Under the pieces are notes generated by a model. It was given only the letters and a program-made list of their open reading frames with translations. It ran no database searches and was not told the origin of the DNA. A stretch of 47,127 nucleotides of DNA, taken from assembly GCA_002633005.1 (NCBI GenBank), contig NMRA01000307.1, positions 1-47,127 of the forward strand. The letters are read 5' to 3'. Below, piece after piece: positions 24,445 through 36,649 of this stretch (its first letter is position 1; each line of letters starts with the position of its first letter). The DNA comes from Phoronis australis (taxonomy: Eukaryota; Animalia; Phoronida). Made by a program: the position numbers and the translations under genes.

Positions 24445-24557
24445 CAGAAGCGGATCTAGGATATCACAAGGGGGGCCAACATTTTGTCCGGCTGTAAGCA
24501 TTGGCACAAACCACGATTGTAGATGCACATAGCACCGAATGGGGGAGGTCGGGAGAA
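24445..24557 (+). repeat. Dispersed repeat; inverted partner at 29680-29786
   Basis: GCGGATCTAGGATATCACAAGGGGGGCCAACATTTTGTCCGGCTGTAAGCATT...ATAGCACCGAATGGGGGAGGTCGGGAG occurs reverse-complemented at 29680-29786. Confidence 0.8.
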
Positions 24558-25168
24558 AGCTATCGAGAAACAATCCTAATAAACTTCGGCGCGTGCATTA
24601 TACTCATGTAAACGACCCCGGCAAAAATTCCGAAGGTTACCGGAGTGGTAGGCCTACATTGACTTATTCAGTTCCGACAGTAGCGTGATTTTGAACTCCG
24701 GAGATGATTTGTGTGCGTTAAAGTTTCAGTCGCCCTTAGTTATCCGTAGGATTCACAAAGGGGCTCTAACATTAAGAATAAGACCGTTAGATATTTTTAG
24801 AAATGCCACTGCTTGAGAGAACGCTTGTCAGCCGTCCAGCCGGTTTCCGGATGTAGCGCAGCTTAGAAAACTCTAAAAATGTTACTCAGCTACTTTAAAA
24901 TTTGAATACACATCTTCGCCGAGTACAGAGATTTCATCGCTTACTTCTCTCCGAGCCAGTTCTAAATGTCGCCTTGTCTTTTACGCTGGCATTTTCCTCC
25001 GCGAAAATTCTACGTTTCAAATACTCACTTACTCATTGCTACGCGAGGCTACCTAACTTTATAAGCACCTCCTCGTGATGGTCACGTGACACAACAACTC
25101 ATTTCTCTGACTCCGGCATGTGTGCAAAAAGCCCATTAATTGGTCCAGTCTCATAAAGTTTACGTAAG

Positions 25169-25304
25169 CAGTGGCGGATTTAGGGTAGAGGGGTCAAGGG
25201 GGCCATGGCTCAATAAAATTATCACCGATTCCATTTGGCAGCTCGGGGGTGCGAATGTCTGCCTTTCCCTGGCCCCCTAACTCAAAATACTGGATCCGCC
25301 CCTG
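25169..25304 (+). mobile_element. MITE family A, copy 2
   Basis: Same TIRs and internal ACTCAAAA...GGATCCGCCCCTG. Confidence 0.8.
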
Positions 25305-26028
25305 ACTTATATTAAAAAATTGCAATAACTTTTAAATTACTACTTGCCCCGGTTATGATACTTTTTCGATTTTTACAGAGTAGAATGCATTACCCTTCCG
25401 ATGATAGCAAAGTACTTTTTCAAAACGAAAAAAAAATTCTGGGTTCGACCACCCAACACAACAGGAACTGAACACCAATGCTATTTTAACATAATAAACA
25501 AAAGTACGCGTAACAATCCAAAAAAATTCAACGACCACTAACTACAAACAATAAATACACTACACATACAAACAAATCACGATATATTACTAAAAAACAA
25601 AATAATAAAGACTTTTCGAGCAAGCAATAGCACATTCAGTTTAAAGGAAAAAATGGCGGCGTTCAGAACAAGTTCCTGAAGTGACGAGCAGCAAATGTGG
25701 CTACGGAAATAACCAATGACAGTCGGTAATTATACGCTCACAGAGAAAGGTCAAATACTGTTAAAACATCGCGTTTGGCAAGAAAGGCGAAAAAATATAA
25801 CGAAAGGGTATCTAAAATAAGATTTTATTTAGTAAGTATTTTCGGATACTGGAACCACATTGGCATTTTAAGACAAGGACTTTAAATCTAAAGACTTTGG
25901 ACAAAAAGAAGTCATGACATTTATTTTCACCGCTAGGATCGTGCCTCGTTTTTGTCATCATCTCCTCTTGAATTTGGTATTGACAGTGATTGCTTTTCCC
26001 AAATTACACGGGGACATAATAATGACAG

Positions 26029-26291
26029 CATGTGTGCACCCAGCCAAAAATGGAAAACTCGAATTTTTCAGAAAGTGGACCCTTTACTAAGATTCACGGG
26101 GTACGTTCAGAGCTATGATTTGTGCATTCGCCGAATGTTTCTTGATTTTTAGTGGACTTTTATCTTGTTTTCTCCTTTTTTCGGAGGTTTTGTTCCTCGG
26201 GGGGGGGTCTGCTGGGCGAAATTTTTGCCTACTTCGCCAAACTCGGGGGGTCGTTCGAGCCTCCCCTGAGAACCCTCTGGATGCGCGCATG
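26029..26291 (+). mobile_element. MITE family B (CATG(C/T)G(C/T)GCACCCA...TGG(A/G)TGCGC(G/C)CAT(G/A)), copy 1
   Basis: Imperfect TIRs, perfect 5-bp TSD GACAG. Confidence 0.8.
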
Positions 26292-27120
26292 GACAGCTCT
26301 AATTTGCTGGCTAACGTTTTTTTCTCATTGGGTTAGGGACTGGAATCTTTGCATAAACCTGCATAAGTCTATTGCTATCGAACGTAGTTGCAAACGCTAC
26401 GAAAAGATTGTCCAGGTTTTTTGAGCCTGTCAATATACGACGCTCGACGAATGTATCCCATAGAACAGCGTTTTTTCAATTTGGAAAGGCGCATCCACTT
26501 GGGGTTAGAGGCTGGTGGGGCACTACTGTAAAAGTATTTGGTTCATAGTTGTAAAATTTTTCTCTCAATGATGCTGTCTTGTTGTATAAACCGCAAGCCA
26601 TCAAAACCAAAAATATTTTTCGCCTTCTCTTGCTTCAATGGACCAAATGTAATGAGTGTAGGGAGAACCGCTGTGACGCCGCTGCCAAAACAAACACCAA
26701 CCTAGGCTCAAAGCATGGAATTGACAATCTGCAAAATTTGAAGTTCCTGCCGCTATGGGAAAAACTATTAGCAACAGTTTGGGGATAGTTTTGGGAGAAT
26801 CAGGCTTTGCATTTGAATACCAGGAATGTCCATGGACTTGTGCATGAGTAAGGCTTAGTGTAAGTCAAACTTGTTCTTTCAAATTTCATTTTTTCAATCC
26901 AATGATCATGCAGTTTGTATAACCACGCAAGCTACGGTGATAATCCGAAGTTTAATCTTACAGTCTTGCGTACAAGCTAATGGACCCATGAATGTAGGTG
27001 AAGTAAAGCATTTCCAAGAAATTTAAGTAAAGTGAAACGACACGACTGATATGCTGGATATTACGGTATAACTTTCAATCGTGCAAGGTCTTTTCAGAAT
27101 CAAACTGCCGCACTAATTAC

Positions 27121-27353
27121 CATGCGCGCACCCATCCTAAAACTGGGGGGCTCAAATTTTTGAGACCTCTGACCTTTTACTAAGATTCGCGAGCTACGCT
27201 CAGAGCTAGGAATTGTGCATTTGCCGAATTTTGGTATTCTATGTTTTTAGTGGAATTTTGTCTGTTTTCTACTTTTTTCAGAGTATTTGTTTCCCTCGGA
27301 AGCGGACCTTTTTGCCTACTTCGCCCCTTAGCCTCCCCTTGGGTGCGCCCATA
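27121..27353 (+). mobile_element. MITE family B, copy 2
   Basis: Imperfect TIRs, perfect 5-bp TSD ATTAC, internal similarity to copy 1. Confidence 0.8.
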
Positions 27354-28579
27354 ATTACAGGTATAAATAAATTGTCCCAACTTAGAAATTGTGACAACTT
27401 AGGACGTTGTGAATAATTCGGGCCTGCAAAGAGCTCTTTCGATGGTGTCATATGTCCAAATCCAAATATTGTTTTGGCATCTAACACATCATGTCTTTAC
27501 TTTAGCTTTGTACACATGTAGCCGTTCTACCGTACAGTTACTGCATAAAACTCGTTTATTACAAAAAGAGTATAATAATAGTTTCTCTGGACAATTTGCA
27601 TTGCGTTTTCTGACAAGCATAACCTTCAGATATGTTATCATAACGCATTCCTAAACCACGTTTCCGATGAGCACATACATGTAATATCAACATTTTTGAA
27701 GAAGCTTTGAAGCATCATTGACCAAGTATTTGCTGGGCCCACGCACATTCCAACATTGGGTTGATGCAATGTAAATTGTTAAAACGTTATTAACAAAGAC
27801 GCAGGCACGAAAGATCAGGAATTAAAATAGTGAGTTTTATCCACATCTTGTGCAAGTTTAACTATTTTTTTAAAAGCTAGGTGATTTCCAGTTAACCTAT
27901 GACAGGTGTGTAAATATGTCTGTCAAATTGACTGGCACCATTTTCAGTTTAGGAGTACATGTGCATTTTTTACAACTTCAATAGCGACTTAAAACTTGTT
28001 CAACGTTAGTTTCAAATTTAACTACCAGTTGTGGCTAAAAAGTTACATGTAACTAAGGTGGTTTAAAGTTGCATTTTATGTGATTAAAAGTAGTGTGTGT
28101 CTCCTCTTGGAAGTAGACATGTAGCTCCTATATGTACAGTCAACATAGCAAACAGAGGCTGGTGATCTTTTTACAATCCATGTAAAACATCGACCCAGCA
28201 CAACATACATGCATCCATGTAAATGTGGCGGCAGCGTATTCGTGTCAATTAAACAATGTAGTTCACAACGCGGTAAAGCCGTTGATTTGCATTCCAGGTG
28301 CAGAGGAAACGCCGGCAAGATCAAATTCACTATCGTGCCAAACGAGTAATACCTGTCTACTACCTGGATATGAGACCATTCAATACAAACAATGCCAACA
28401 TAGGAATTTAGAATAGGTAACACTAGTTACTGATCAAGATTAATCTTGCGAAGGACAGTATCGGAGCAAAACATACCAATTGCAATTGAAGACTTGCTCG
28501 TGGCGCTTATGTAAGGCCGTGGCTTAGCCTACTAGGTCGCCTTCAGCCGCGAAGCTATGGCGAGTCCTCACGAAATACC

Positions 28580-28820
28580 AGTACATGCACCCATCCAACA
28601 AATGGGGAGGGCTCGAATATTTGAGGATGTGGACCTTTTAATATAAAAACAGGGTACATTAAGAGCTATGCTTTGTGCATTCGCCTAATTTTAATAGTTC
28701 CTGTCTTTTTAGTAGACTTCTGTCTCGTTTTCTACTTTTTCGGGCTTTTTGTTTCGCTGAGGCGGACTTTTTGTCCACTTCGCTAAATAGGGGGGCTCCT
28801 GCGAGCCCCCCCCCAATCCC
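28580..28820 (+). mobile_element. MITE family B, copy 3 (right end replaced by another GC-rich element end)
   Basis: Shares GCACCCATCC, GGACCTTTT, AGAGCTATG.TTTGTGCATTCGCC and ACTTCGC blocks with copies 1 and 2. Confidence 0.65.
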
Positions 28821-29485
28821 CATAGGCGGATTTAGGCGGGGCCCAGGGGGCCCGCCCCCCCCCCTTGGCTGCCGCAAAAAACAGTAAGAGCGTAGGGAAA
28901 TGTTGAGTTTATTAATTAACCCCGGTAATTAAAATTATACGGATGAAACAAGATTTAAATGTGTGCAGTTTTAGCGTTTCAAGTGTCATATTCTGAACAC
29001 GGCGCATTTGTAACGGAACTATGGCTAAGTATAGGCTCTCCCGCGATATCCCAGGCGACCGGCAGTGGCGCTGCGCACTACGACTCCTTTTCCGTCGTCT
29101 GCTCCACTGTGCAATGAAGAATATTTACTTCATTTTTTAAAGAAAATGGAACCTGAGTGACGATGAAAAAACAGAAGCTGCTGGTAAGATGTGAATTTTA
29201 ATCGAAGCCTTAGTGAATCACTCAGAAACTCGCAATACTCTCTTTGTCAAACCTTATCTTAGGACGATTTCCAAAGCAATCCCCGGCGTCATTATTGCCA
29301 ACACGAAAAACGGATTTGGTCTTTTGGGCATTTGAAGACTATTTTAAATACGACAAATTTGTTAAGAATTGACGGCACAAAATATAAAACGTGTAATAAG
29401 CATTACAAAAAGAAGTAGGTTTCGCGCACAAACGCTGTGGACCATAAACAAGTAGGTCTCTTAGTATACGATTTGTAGTTAATTC

Positions 29486-29545
29486 GTGGTGGTGTAGTGG
29501 TAATGCACGCGCGCTCTAACCGCCAGGTCGTGAGTTCGAATTTGT
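29486..29545 (+). other. tRNA-derived (SINE-head-like) Pol III A/B box remnant
   Basis: TGGTGTAGTGG (A-box-like) and GAGTTCGAAT (B-box-like) at tRNA-like spacing; no complete cloverleaf visible. Confidence 0.35.
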
Positions 29546-29929
29546 GTAACTTGCAATTTTTCCTGTTTGACACGTTCTCCGTTTTTTTTTTTTTTGCTTT
29601 TTTTGCCTTCTTTTCTTGGATAATACTTCAGGAATCAGGGAAAGTGCTTGATTTTTAGAGGTAAAAACAGAAAAATTTCCCCCCTCCCGACCTCCCCCCA
29701 TTCGGTGCTATGCGCATACTTTGCGCAAATGCTTACAGCCGGACAAAATGTTGGCCCCCCCTTGTGATATCCTAGATCCGCTACTGAGCCCCCCGGGTGC
29801 CGCGCGCATGTGGTAGGCCTAATGGGGTTATAAGTTGAGCAAAATTCGTCAACATTATTGTCTGAAATTAAAAATGCCATTTACTTATAAGATGCCCAGT
29901 ATTTCGTGTCGTCGCATTTAACATGTTTC

Positions 29930-30075
29930 GTTCCGATTGGGAAATCGGAGCTAGCAGTTCCCCTGGCGTCTCAAAATTTTATCTTCTTGTTTCTGTTGAC
30001 GTAAAGCGTGACGTCAACTTTCGATCAATGTCAGCCAATCAGACACCGTGTGACGAGCCATCTAAAAATAGCAAA
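29930..30075 (+). promoter_or_regulatory. Proximal promoter of the Bcl-2 family gene: inverted CCAAT (29936-29940), TGACGTAA (29997), palindromic CRE TGACGTCA (30009-30016), NF-Y AGCCAATCAG (30033), MEF2 consensus CTAAAAATAG (30062-30071)
   Basis: Dense cluster of exact consensus motifs 180-320 bp upstream of the ATG in a CpG-rich stretch. Confidence 0.6.
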
Positions 30076-30249
30076 GGCAGTTTTCACGGAGTTTGCCGAT
30101 TTAACGACCTCGTAGCGACGGCTTCCTCACTGGTTAGAAGGATCGGGAATGTTCGTGGTCTTTTCTTAAATTTCTCTGTGATTACCGTTGGTCGTGCTTT
30201 ACACTAGTTTTCATTTCTTAGCTTAAAGTGTCAAAGGCAAGACTGAGAC

Positions 30250-30843
30250 ATGAATAACCGCACTGGAGATGGACGGCTACACCAAAACGGATTGAATTTG
30301 TTCAGCTCACCAGGAAAGAATTCGAAATCCGGAATCAACATGGCTGACAACAAAATTTCATCATTTGCGCCCGATAAAAGATCAGCTACGCTACCCAACG
30401 ATCAAGCCACGCAGACAAACGAGGAAGATACGCCCCCTGATGAAGTTAGTCACATTGCCGAGATTTTGGGAAACGACATTGTGAAATATTTAGCGAAGCA
30501 CCAGGATGATTATCCAAACAAGTATTCAAAATATTGTAAAACTCTGAGAAGGACAGCAGACGAGTTGGCCTCCAGGCATGAGATTTTGTTTAACGGTATG
30601 GTCAACAAGTTAAAAATTTACGAAAACAATAGCTATGACTCGTTCAGGAGTATTATAAATGAAATATTCAGGGACGGTCAAATTAATTGGGGAAGAATCG
30701 TCACCGTTTTCACCTTTGGTGGCAAAATGGCGAAATATTACCATGATCATGGACATGAACTTGATTCTGAGCGTGTTGCTGAATATCTTGGAAGTTATGT
30801 TGGAAGGAAGCTTGGCAAGTGGATTCAAGAAAATGGTGGATGG
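30250..30843 (+). CDS. MCL1-like: Bcl-2 family protein, Mcl-1-like, exon 1 (BH3, BH1, start of BH2)
   Basis: TLRRTADEL (BH3), RHEILFNGMVNKL (Mcl-1/A1-type helix), FRDGQINWGRIVTVFTFGG (BH1), WIQENGGW|GTAGGT at the family-conserved phase-0 BH2 intron. A second in-frame ATG lies at 30340. Confidence 0.93.
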
Positions 30844-30956
30844 GTAGGTATATTATTTACATGTTCGAAGCTCATCCAGTGATCACGTGCTTTCATTGTT
30901 GTACGTCCATTGAGATTCTTGCATCTGCGGAACTCTACCCAGCTTGTGTTGATGTT

Positions 30957-31446
30957 AGACAGTGATCACCGTCTATAGCTGGCCCAGTAGGAGCTTCATA
31001 CGCTGGAAGTTTTTCGGCAAATTTTGCCTCACAGTAACTAAAACATCAGTCATGTTGTTATAAATACCTTTTTGCGCATAAAGGGATACCTTAGGAGGCC
31101 GGTAATTCCTTCCTACTTGAAAAAATACTCCTGGCAGGTGGTATGACATCATATTCCCTGTCGTGCACAGTGTTAAAATGGCGAGTTACCGAATTTGGGA
31201 ACTGAATGAGGGGCTGCTCGAAGAAAAAGTTAGATAACAACAGTATTTCTTCAAGGTGGAAGGAATTAAATAAGGCGACGACCTCCTAAGGTGTCCCTCT
31301 ATGCGCAAAAGGTATTTATAACAAGGTGGCTTTGATGTTTTAGTCACTGTGAGTAATAATTCTTGGAAAAGCTTAAAGCGTATGAAGCTCTTATAGAAGG
31401 TCCACCAACTCTACTGGGCCAGCTAGAGATGGTGATTACTGTCTGC
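30957..31446. mobile_element. Fold-back MITE with ~170-200-bp inverted arms in the Bcl-2 gene intron (Mutator-like)
   Basis: 30957-31130 is the imperfect reverse complement of 31241-31444. A 10-bp direct repeat TGTTGATGTT flanks both sides (30947-30956, 31447-31456). Confidence 0.8.
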
Positions 31447-31749
31447 TGTTGATGTTGTGGCTTGCAATTCTCTGTCATACCTAGATGGTTTATTTATTTA
31501 TTATTTATTTATTTATGTAATATTTATAGTCAGGGTAGCCCTTCAGTTGGGCAAACTAACAGAATTACAAAATGCAAGACAATATGTAAACAGTCCGTGA
31601 AGAATAAGAAATTAACATGGAAAGACTGATGAAACAAAATAAATGATAAAATATGATAAACACAAGATAAAAAAGTAAGACAAAGTGATTAACTAAAATA
31701 TGAATATGTAATAAAACAGACAATAAATAATTAATAAACGTAAGACATC

Positions 31750-31910
31750 ATATACACACACATATATTCACATATATACATATTCGCACATATACGCACA
31801 CATACATACATGCGTACATACATACATACATACATAATACATTCATAAAAATAAACGTACACACAAATACACACATACATACACATGTGCATGCGTATAT
31901 ACACACATGA
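31750..31910. repeat. Degenerate (TACA)/(CA) microsatellite
   Basis: Low-complexity CATA/CACA repeats; (TTTA)n at 31489-31515 nearby. Confidence 0.9.
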
Positions 31911-34900
31911 ATAAAAATAGTCTGATCTGAATGAATTTCAGTAATGACGACCTGTTAATATCTTCTTTGCAGTAGAAATCCCAAACAACTATTGGCAAAT
32001 GCAAACGTGTATTTTCAAAAGTTAATTCGTGTTCAATTATTAATTCAAATCCAAGAACTCGCATTGACTGAATATCACAAATTGCCTGATGTAATTATTG
32101 TACATGGGGACTGGGTGTTTCAGACTTAACAATTTAGAACTCAGTGTGGGCCTGTTCTATGCATTTGTGTGGGCTGAAGTCCCTTTACTCTTAATTTAAT
32201 CTACCTACCATTGATTTTTTTTCAGTGGTTACACACTTTCTTTACATGAGGAAAATAGGTATTGGGAAACAGCTATGCTGATATTGAAGTACCATTCTAT
32301 CAAAATTTATTTGAAGTCCCCTTTGTGAAAAAGGAATAGCTGTTGTTGGTTTAAATACATCATGTTCCATTGAGTTTAGTATTGTTGCACCAGTGGAGTT
32401 TCAGAACAGGGTGCCTATAGAGCCATTCACTTCTCTAAGCATTTCCTAATGAAAGACACTCCTTTCTTGGCAAGTTGACAACAATTTCAGGAATGGATGA
32501 ATGTTAACCTAAGTCTGGTTTATGTTGGATTTGATCCAATCGCATCATTTCCACTATAGTGGTATCTATTTTCTTCCTGATTTGGTCGCACTTTTCCTGA
32601 AATACCCTGGTTTTCAGGCATGTAAACATGTTCTCTTTTCCCAGGCATCTGCTAACATCCAGGTGTTTTGATACCACTGGAAATTCCTGATCTGAACACA
32701 TGGCCCCAATGCTGTATAATAAAACTAAGGGCCTTTAGAGTTTCTAAAATTTCAACACCTGCCTATAATTTCATCAATGACAACACTTGATGTATTGCCA
32801 AACAGAAAATTGTTTGCTGTTCCCAAGGAGAAGCCTTAAATCAGAAATGACTGATAACTGTCTAGACATTATGAGTCTGGCTTACTTGCGTGGATTTTGA
32901 AAACCCGTGCAACGTGCCTGATGTATTGTGAAATTTTTGATTTCTTAAGCAAATTGGGACATTTTAAACTTTTGTTACCAGCTCAATGTATCTATTCCCA
33001 AGTCTTAACACAGAACTCCCACAATGGGTACTCTAGACTTCCCTACATGATTTTGTAGTTCCTGTCAAGTTTTAACTGCATGTTGTCGAAAACACTGGCA
33101 CTTGTGACATTTTTCTGAAATCGAGTAAAGTTGAATGTCTACTGTCATTCTTCTTTTAATCATGTCTCAGAATGACAGATTTGTTCAATTATCATCAAGA
33201 ATATCAGTATTACAAAATTTTTCTTCACATTTAAATGGTTTGCACTTTGCAAAAATCAAAAAAAATATGGGCCAACAAGGTGCTGCTAGAATGGTCATCG
33301 AAGTAGTAAATGCCAAATATCGCGAGAACAGAAAGTAATAGTGAGAATTGAGTTTCACAATACTGGCAGCATTTAAAAAGATATGTCGTCATACCAAATC
33401 TCAGTTGAATCTGTCGAAGCAGAAGATTCGGCCCAAAATGTCAGTCAATTGAAGACCAGTCATTGGAAAATCTTGCGTGATTCGAGATCGTTAAATCCTA
33501 GAGAAAAACAAATGGCTTACTTCTGATAGCCCTTGACATGATCTATCCGCAGAAAAAAATCTAGCAGAAACAGCAGAGCTATGGCTCCACAAACCAAAAC
33601 AGTGCAAACCGGCTGTCACAGCACCATCATGTGCCTGATGTCAACTAATAGTAGTATGCTATTCACCATGCACGTTTTGTGAAAAGTTCACCCTGATCGG
33701 TCAAGAAATGTAACCTGCAGCCTATGATCAATGAAACCAAACAGAACACAATTTTATTACAAAGAAAATGTCTAGCCGTTAACTTTTAAAATGCAGTGGT
33801 CCAATGTGTTGGTGTAAAAATTCTGAAGAATTGTGTCACAGGTCTGAGACATGTGTTCATGGTTCAGTTCTGTGTTGATGTGTTCCAAATTTTGGAATGT
33901 TCCTGTTGGTCTACCTCTATTATGGTGTGTTCAGGGTGTTGTGTGACCAGCCACTCAATACACATACCATGTCTACCTCATCATGTTTGGACTGGATTGG
34001 GATCACTGTTGCTTAGCAACCCACTGTGCCAGCTAATACTACCCAAATGCACTTATAGACTTTGTTAATCTAGGTGCATATTAAAATGTTGCCTATTGAA
34101 AAATCATTGTGGCTGACTAGTGAATTTTGTTTTTGTCTTTGTTTTCATGAAGTGTAATGCTTTGCTTTTAATAGTTCTGTTTAACTGTTATGGTCTCGTG
34201 ATGTTTAGAGAACAGACATCCACAACAGTGGTGGATTTTTTAAAAAAATGATTAAGGTCACTTCCTGGCAATTATCTTTGCCTGAAATTTGTGAACTGTT
34301 GTAATAAAAAAAGCGTTGCCACAAAATACTGGCGAGCAATGCTCTCCGTCAGCAGCCTGATAGTAAGTTTTTGGTTTACAAGTTGACAGACCAGCAGAGT
34401 TGCTACACTCTTAAACACTGTTCGTCACTTATAAACGAGGCTCACGAACCCAATACCGTCAGTTCACCAACTCACAAACGAGATTTAGTCAATACCAAAC
34501 ACAGTTTTGAATTCATAAAAACGAGGCTTACTGCCCCAAAAAAAAATTGTACCCGCCCGGGTCCCGGACACGGTGCATGGCTCCCATGTTCATGAACCAC
34601 GTGGGTGGGTTGGGAGCTTTGTTTTTGTTGACACCGTGCTTTGTGAATCTATGACCATGTTTGTTGGTTGTTCAGCTGTTCTTCTGTTGTTGATCCATTT
34701 TTGAGTTTGCAAGCTGAGTTCACCCTTGCCACGAAACATAATACATGTTTACAAGACTGGAACAATGGTCTGTTGCAGCTGTTGTTAATGTCTCTCACAT
34801 ATGTACACACTTCTCACACCATTAAATTGTTAGGGTCAATCATATGATACCAATGAGCTCTACTACAGAAACAATGCGTTTATTAGCCAAGGTCACAAAA

Positions 34901-35048
34901 GATCAAGTGTTATTCTCAAATGTTCATCTAGGATGTGGAAAATGGTATGTTGGTCCTGTACAATGGGCATTATGAACTGTCTATGAATGCTATTACATGT
35001 GTGTGTCTGAATGATCAGTTTGGCTAAATTTTATGTGGATAATTGCAG

Positions 35049-35168
35049 GATGGCTTTGTGAACTGCTTCCCTGACCCAGACGAAGGAGAGAATCAAGTTT
35101 GGAAGGGTCTGCTTTATACAGCCGTTGGTTTGGGAGCCCTCGCTACAACGCTGGTCGCTGTGCGATGA
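35049..35168 (+). CDS. MCL1-like: Bcl-2 family protein, Mcl-1-like, exon 2 (end of BH2 plus tail anchor); full protein 237 aa
   Basis: TTGCAG|GAT GGC TTT gives DGFVNCFPDPDEGENQVWKGLLYTAVGLGALATTLVAVR*, completing GGW-DGF and adding a hydrophobic C-terminal segment. Confidence 0.92.
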   Translation, partial: DGFVNCFPDPDEGENQVWKGLLYTAVGLGALATTLVAVR

Positions 35169-36366
35169 TTATGTTTAGGGCCGACTGAAAGGCCTCGACT
35201 TAGAGTTTTAAACAGAGGGAATGTGGAAATAGTGATACCAACAACAATCTAAATAGACTACAAATGTTCTTAGCCTATGGATCACTCACATGGAATTTAA
35301 TAGAAAAAAATGTCAAGTCTGGCAAATGCAAGAATTCTTCACATGTTGCATTCCTGTGCACAAGGGGGCTGATGAATGTATTAGTTTTTTTGAAATCTAC
35401 CTGAGAAGTCAAAATACAAACTATTACTGGTGGTTACTGGCCACATTCAAGGGGAAGGTGAAGTGGTTTAATGGCTACACCTAAACTCCAGCAGCAACAG
35501 TCCTTCACCCAAGTTTAGGGGGGCTGGAGTTAGTCCCGGGTTTGCTCACCTGGTATGAATTATTTTCAGTGCATGTGTGCACCTGGATGTGCAGGTTCCA
35601 AATGTACCCTGGGTTAGGTGTCAGGTTTACACTTTGAAATTTATAGGTGCGCCCATGCAATCATTTTCACACCCTGATTCTCGTAGAGTGAACTCAAACA
35701 CTAAAGCGATATATTTCAGACAAGTTTTGTATAGTAAGTTTAATCTAAGAAGGATACCTATTTTTCAATCTAAGCATCTGAAACGTGTTAGTGGTAAGGC
35801 TATGCAATTTGTATCTAGATTTACTTGGATTTGCTTCATTAGTTGTTTTATTCATTATAGACAAACTCTGGCCTCCCGGTTGAATCAAACTTTCTACTAT
35901 TGAGAAACCTAAATGTGACAGCTGACTGGCCTTCTTTATTGGCCAACATTTCATTAAGACTGTTCTTTGGTTGTTTACATTCAGGGATACCAGCAGTGCA
36001 GTTATTAAACTTTCCCTGTGAGTTCATTCTAACTTAATTCATGTATGATTGAGGTACTTGAGGACATACTGTTAATAATACCGAAGTGTGCTGGAGTGTT
36101 GAAGGTCTTCTTTTAGGTTGGCAAAGAGGGGCTTGTGTAAGGCATATATGGTTGGATGTCTTGTATGTACTCCTACACAAGTAAACCTCAATCATCTCCT
36201 GTATGCAGTGTTTGGTGTGGTATGCACAAATTGACTCATCAGATAAGCACTAGGATTTCATTTGTACCAACAATCTAGCTGCTTTCATTTGATATCCGTT
36301 TTTATGATATTAAGCAATGCTTTGTTAGCCTCTTCCAATTGTGTCCATTGATTCATTTTCGATAAC

Positions 36367-36380
36367 ATTATTTATTTATG
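36367..36380 (+). promoter_or_regulatory. AU-rich element in the predicted Bcl-2 gene 3'UTR
   Basis: ATTATTTATTTATG contains the TTATTTATT nonamer and overlapping ATTTA pentamers. Confidence 0.5.
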
Positions 36381-36643
36381 AGCTGCGCATGCTTCAGTTA
36401 ATGACACCAGAAATTCATTGATGTTTATTTTATTGATGTTATACTTTCTGCCCTTGTTTCACGGACTCTACTCTGTATGAATTGATTGAGTCTACAATCA
36501 CCAGCGCCCTCATCATCATCAGTGTTTTTGTGAAAGCTTTTTATTTTTTGTTTTAGCAAGTCTTTCATGTGCAGACTCTTATTTTTGTGTCGTGACAACT
36601 CCTGTGTTGATGGTTTATTCTGATGTGAATGTGATCTGATGGC

Positions 36644-36649
36644 AATAAA
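36644..36649 (+). terminator. Probable polyadenylation signal of the Bcl-2 family gene (~1.5-kb 3'UTR)
   Basis: First AATAAA I see after the stop codon, followed by GT/T-rich sequence. Confidence 0.55.

Noticed and set aside
29486-29560. Functional tRNA gene
   Set aside because: Only A/B-box-like motifs; no convincing acceptor stem.
29923-30207. 94-aa ORF upstream of the Bcl-2 gene
   Set aside because: Overlies promoter motifs, probably starts before the TSS, and has no recognisable domain.
35481-35533. AACTCCAGC...GCTGGAGTT hairpin in the 3'UTR as a SECIS element
   Set aside because: No ATGA/GA quartet or AA loop at proper spacing; the TGA follows a complete tail anchor.
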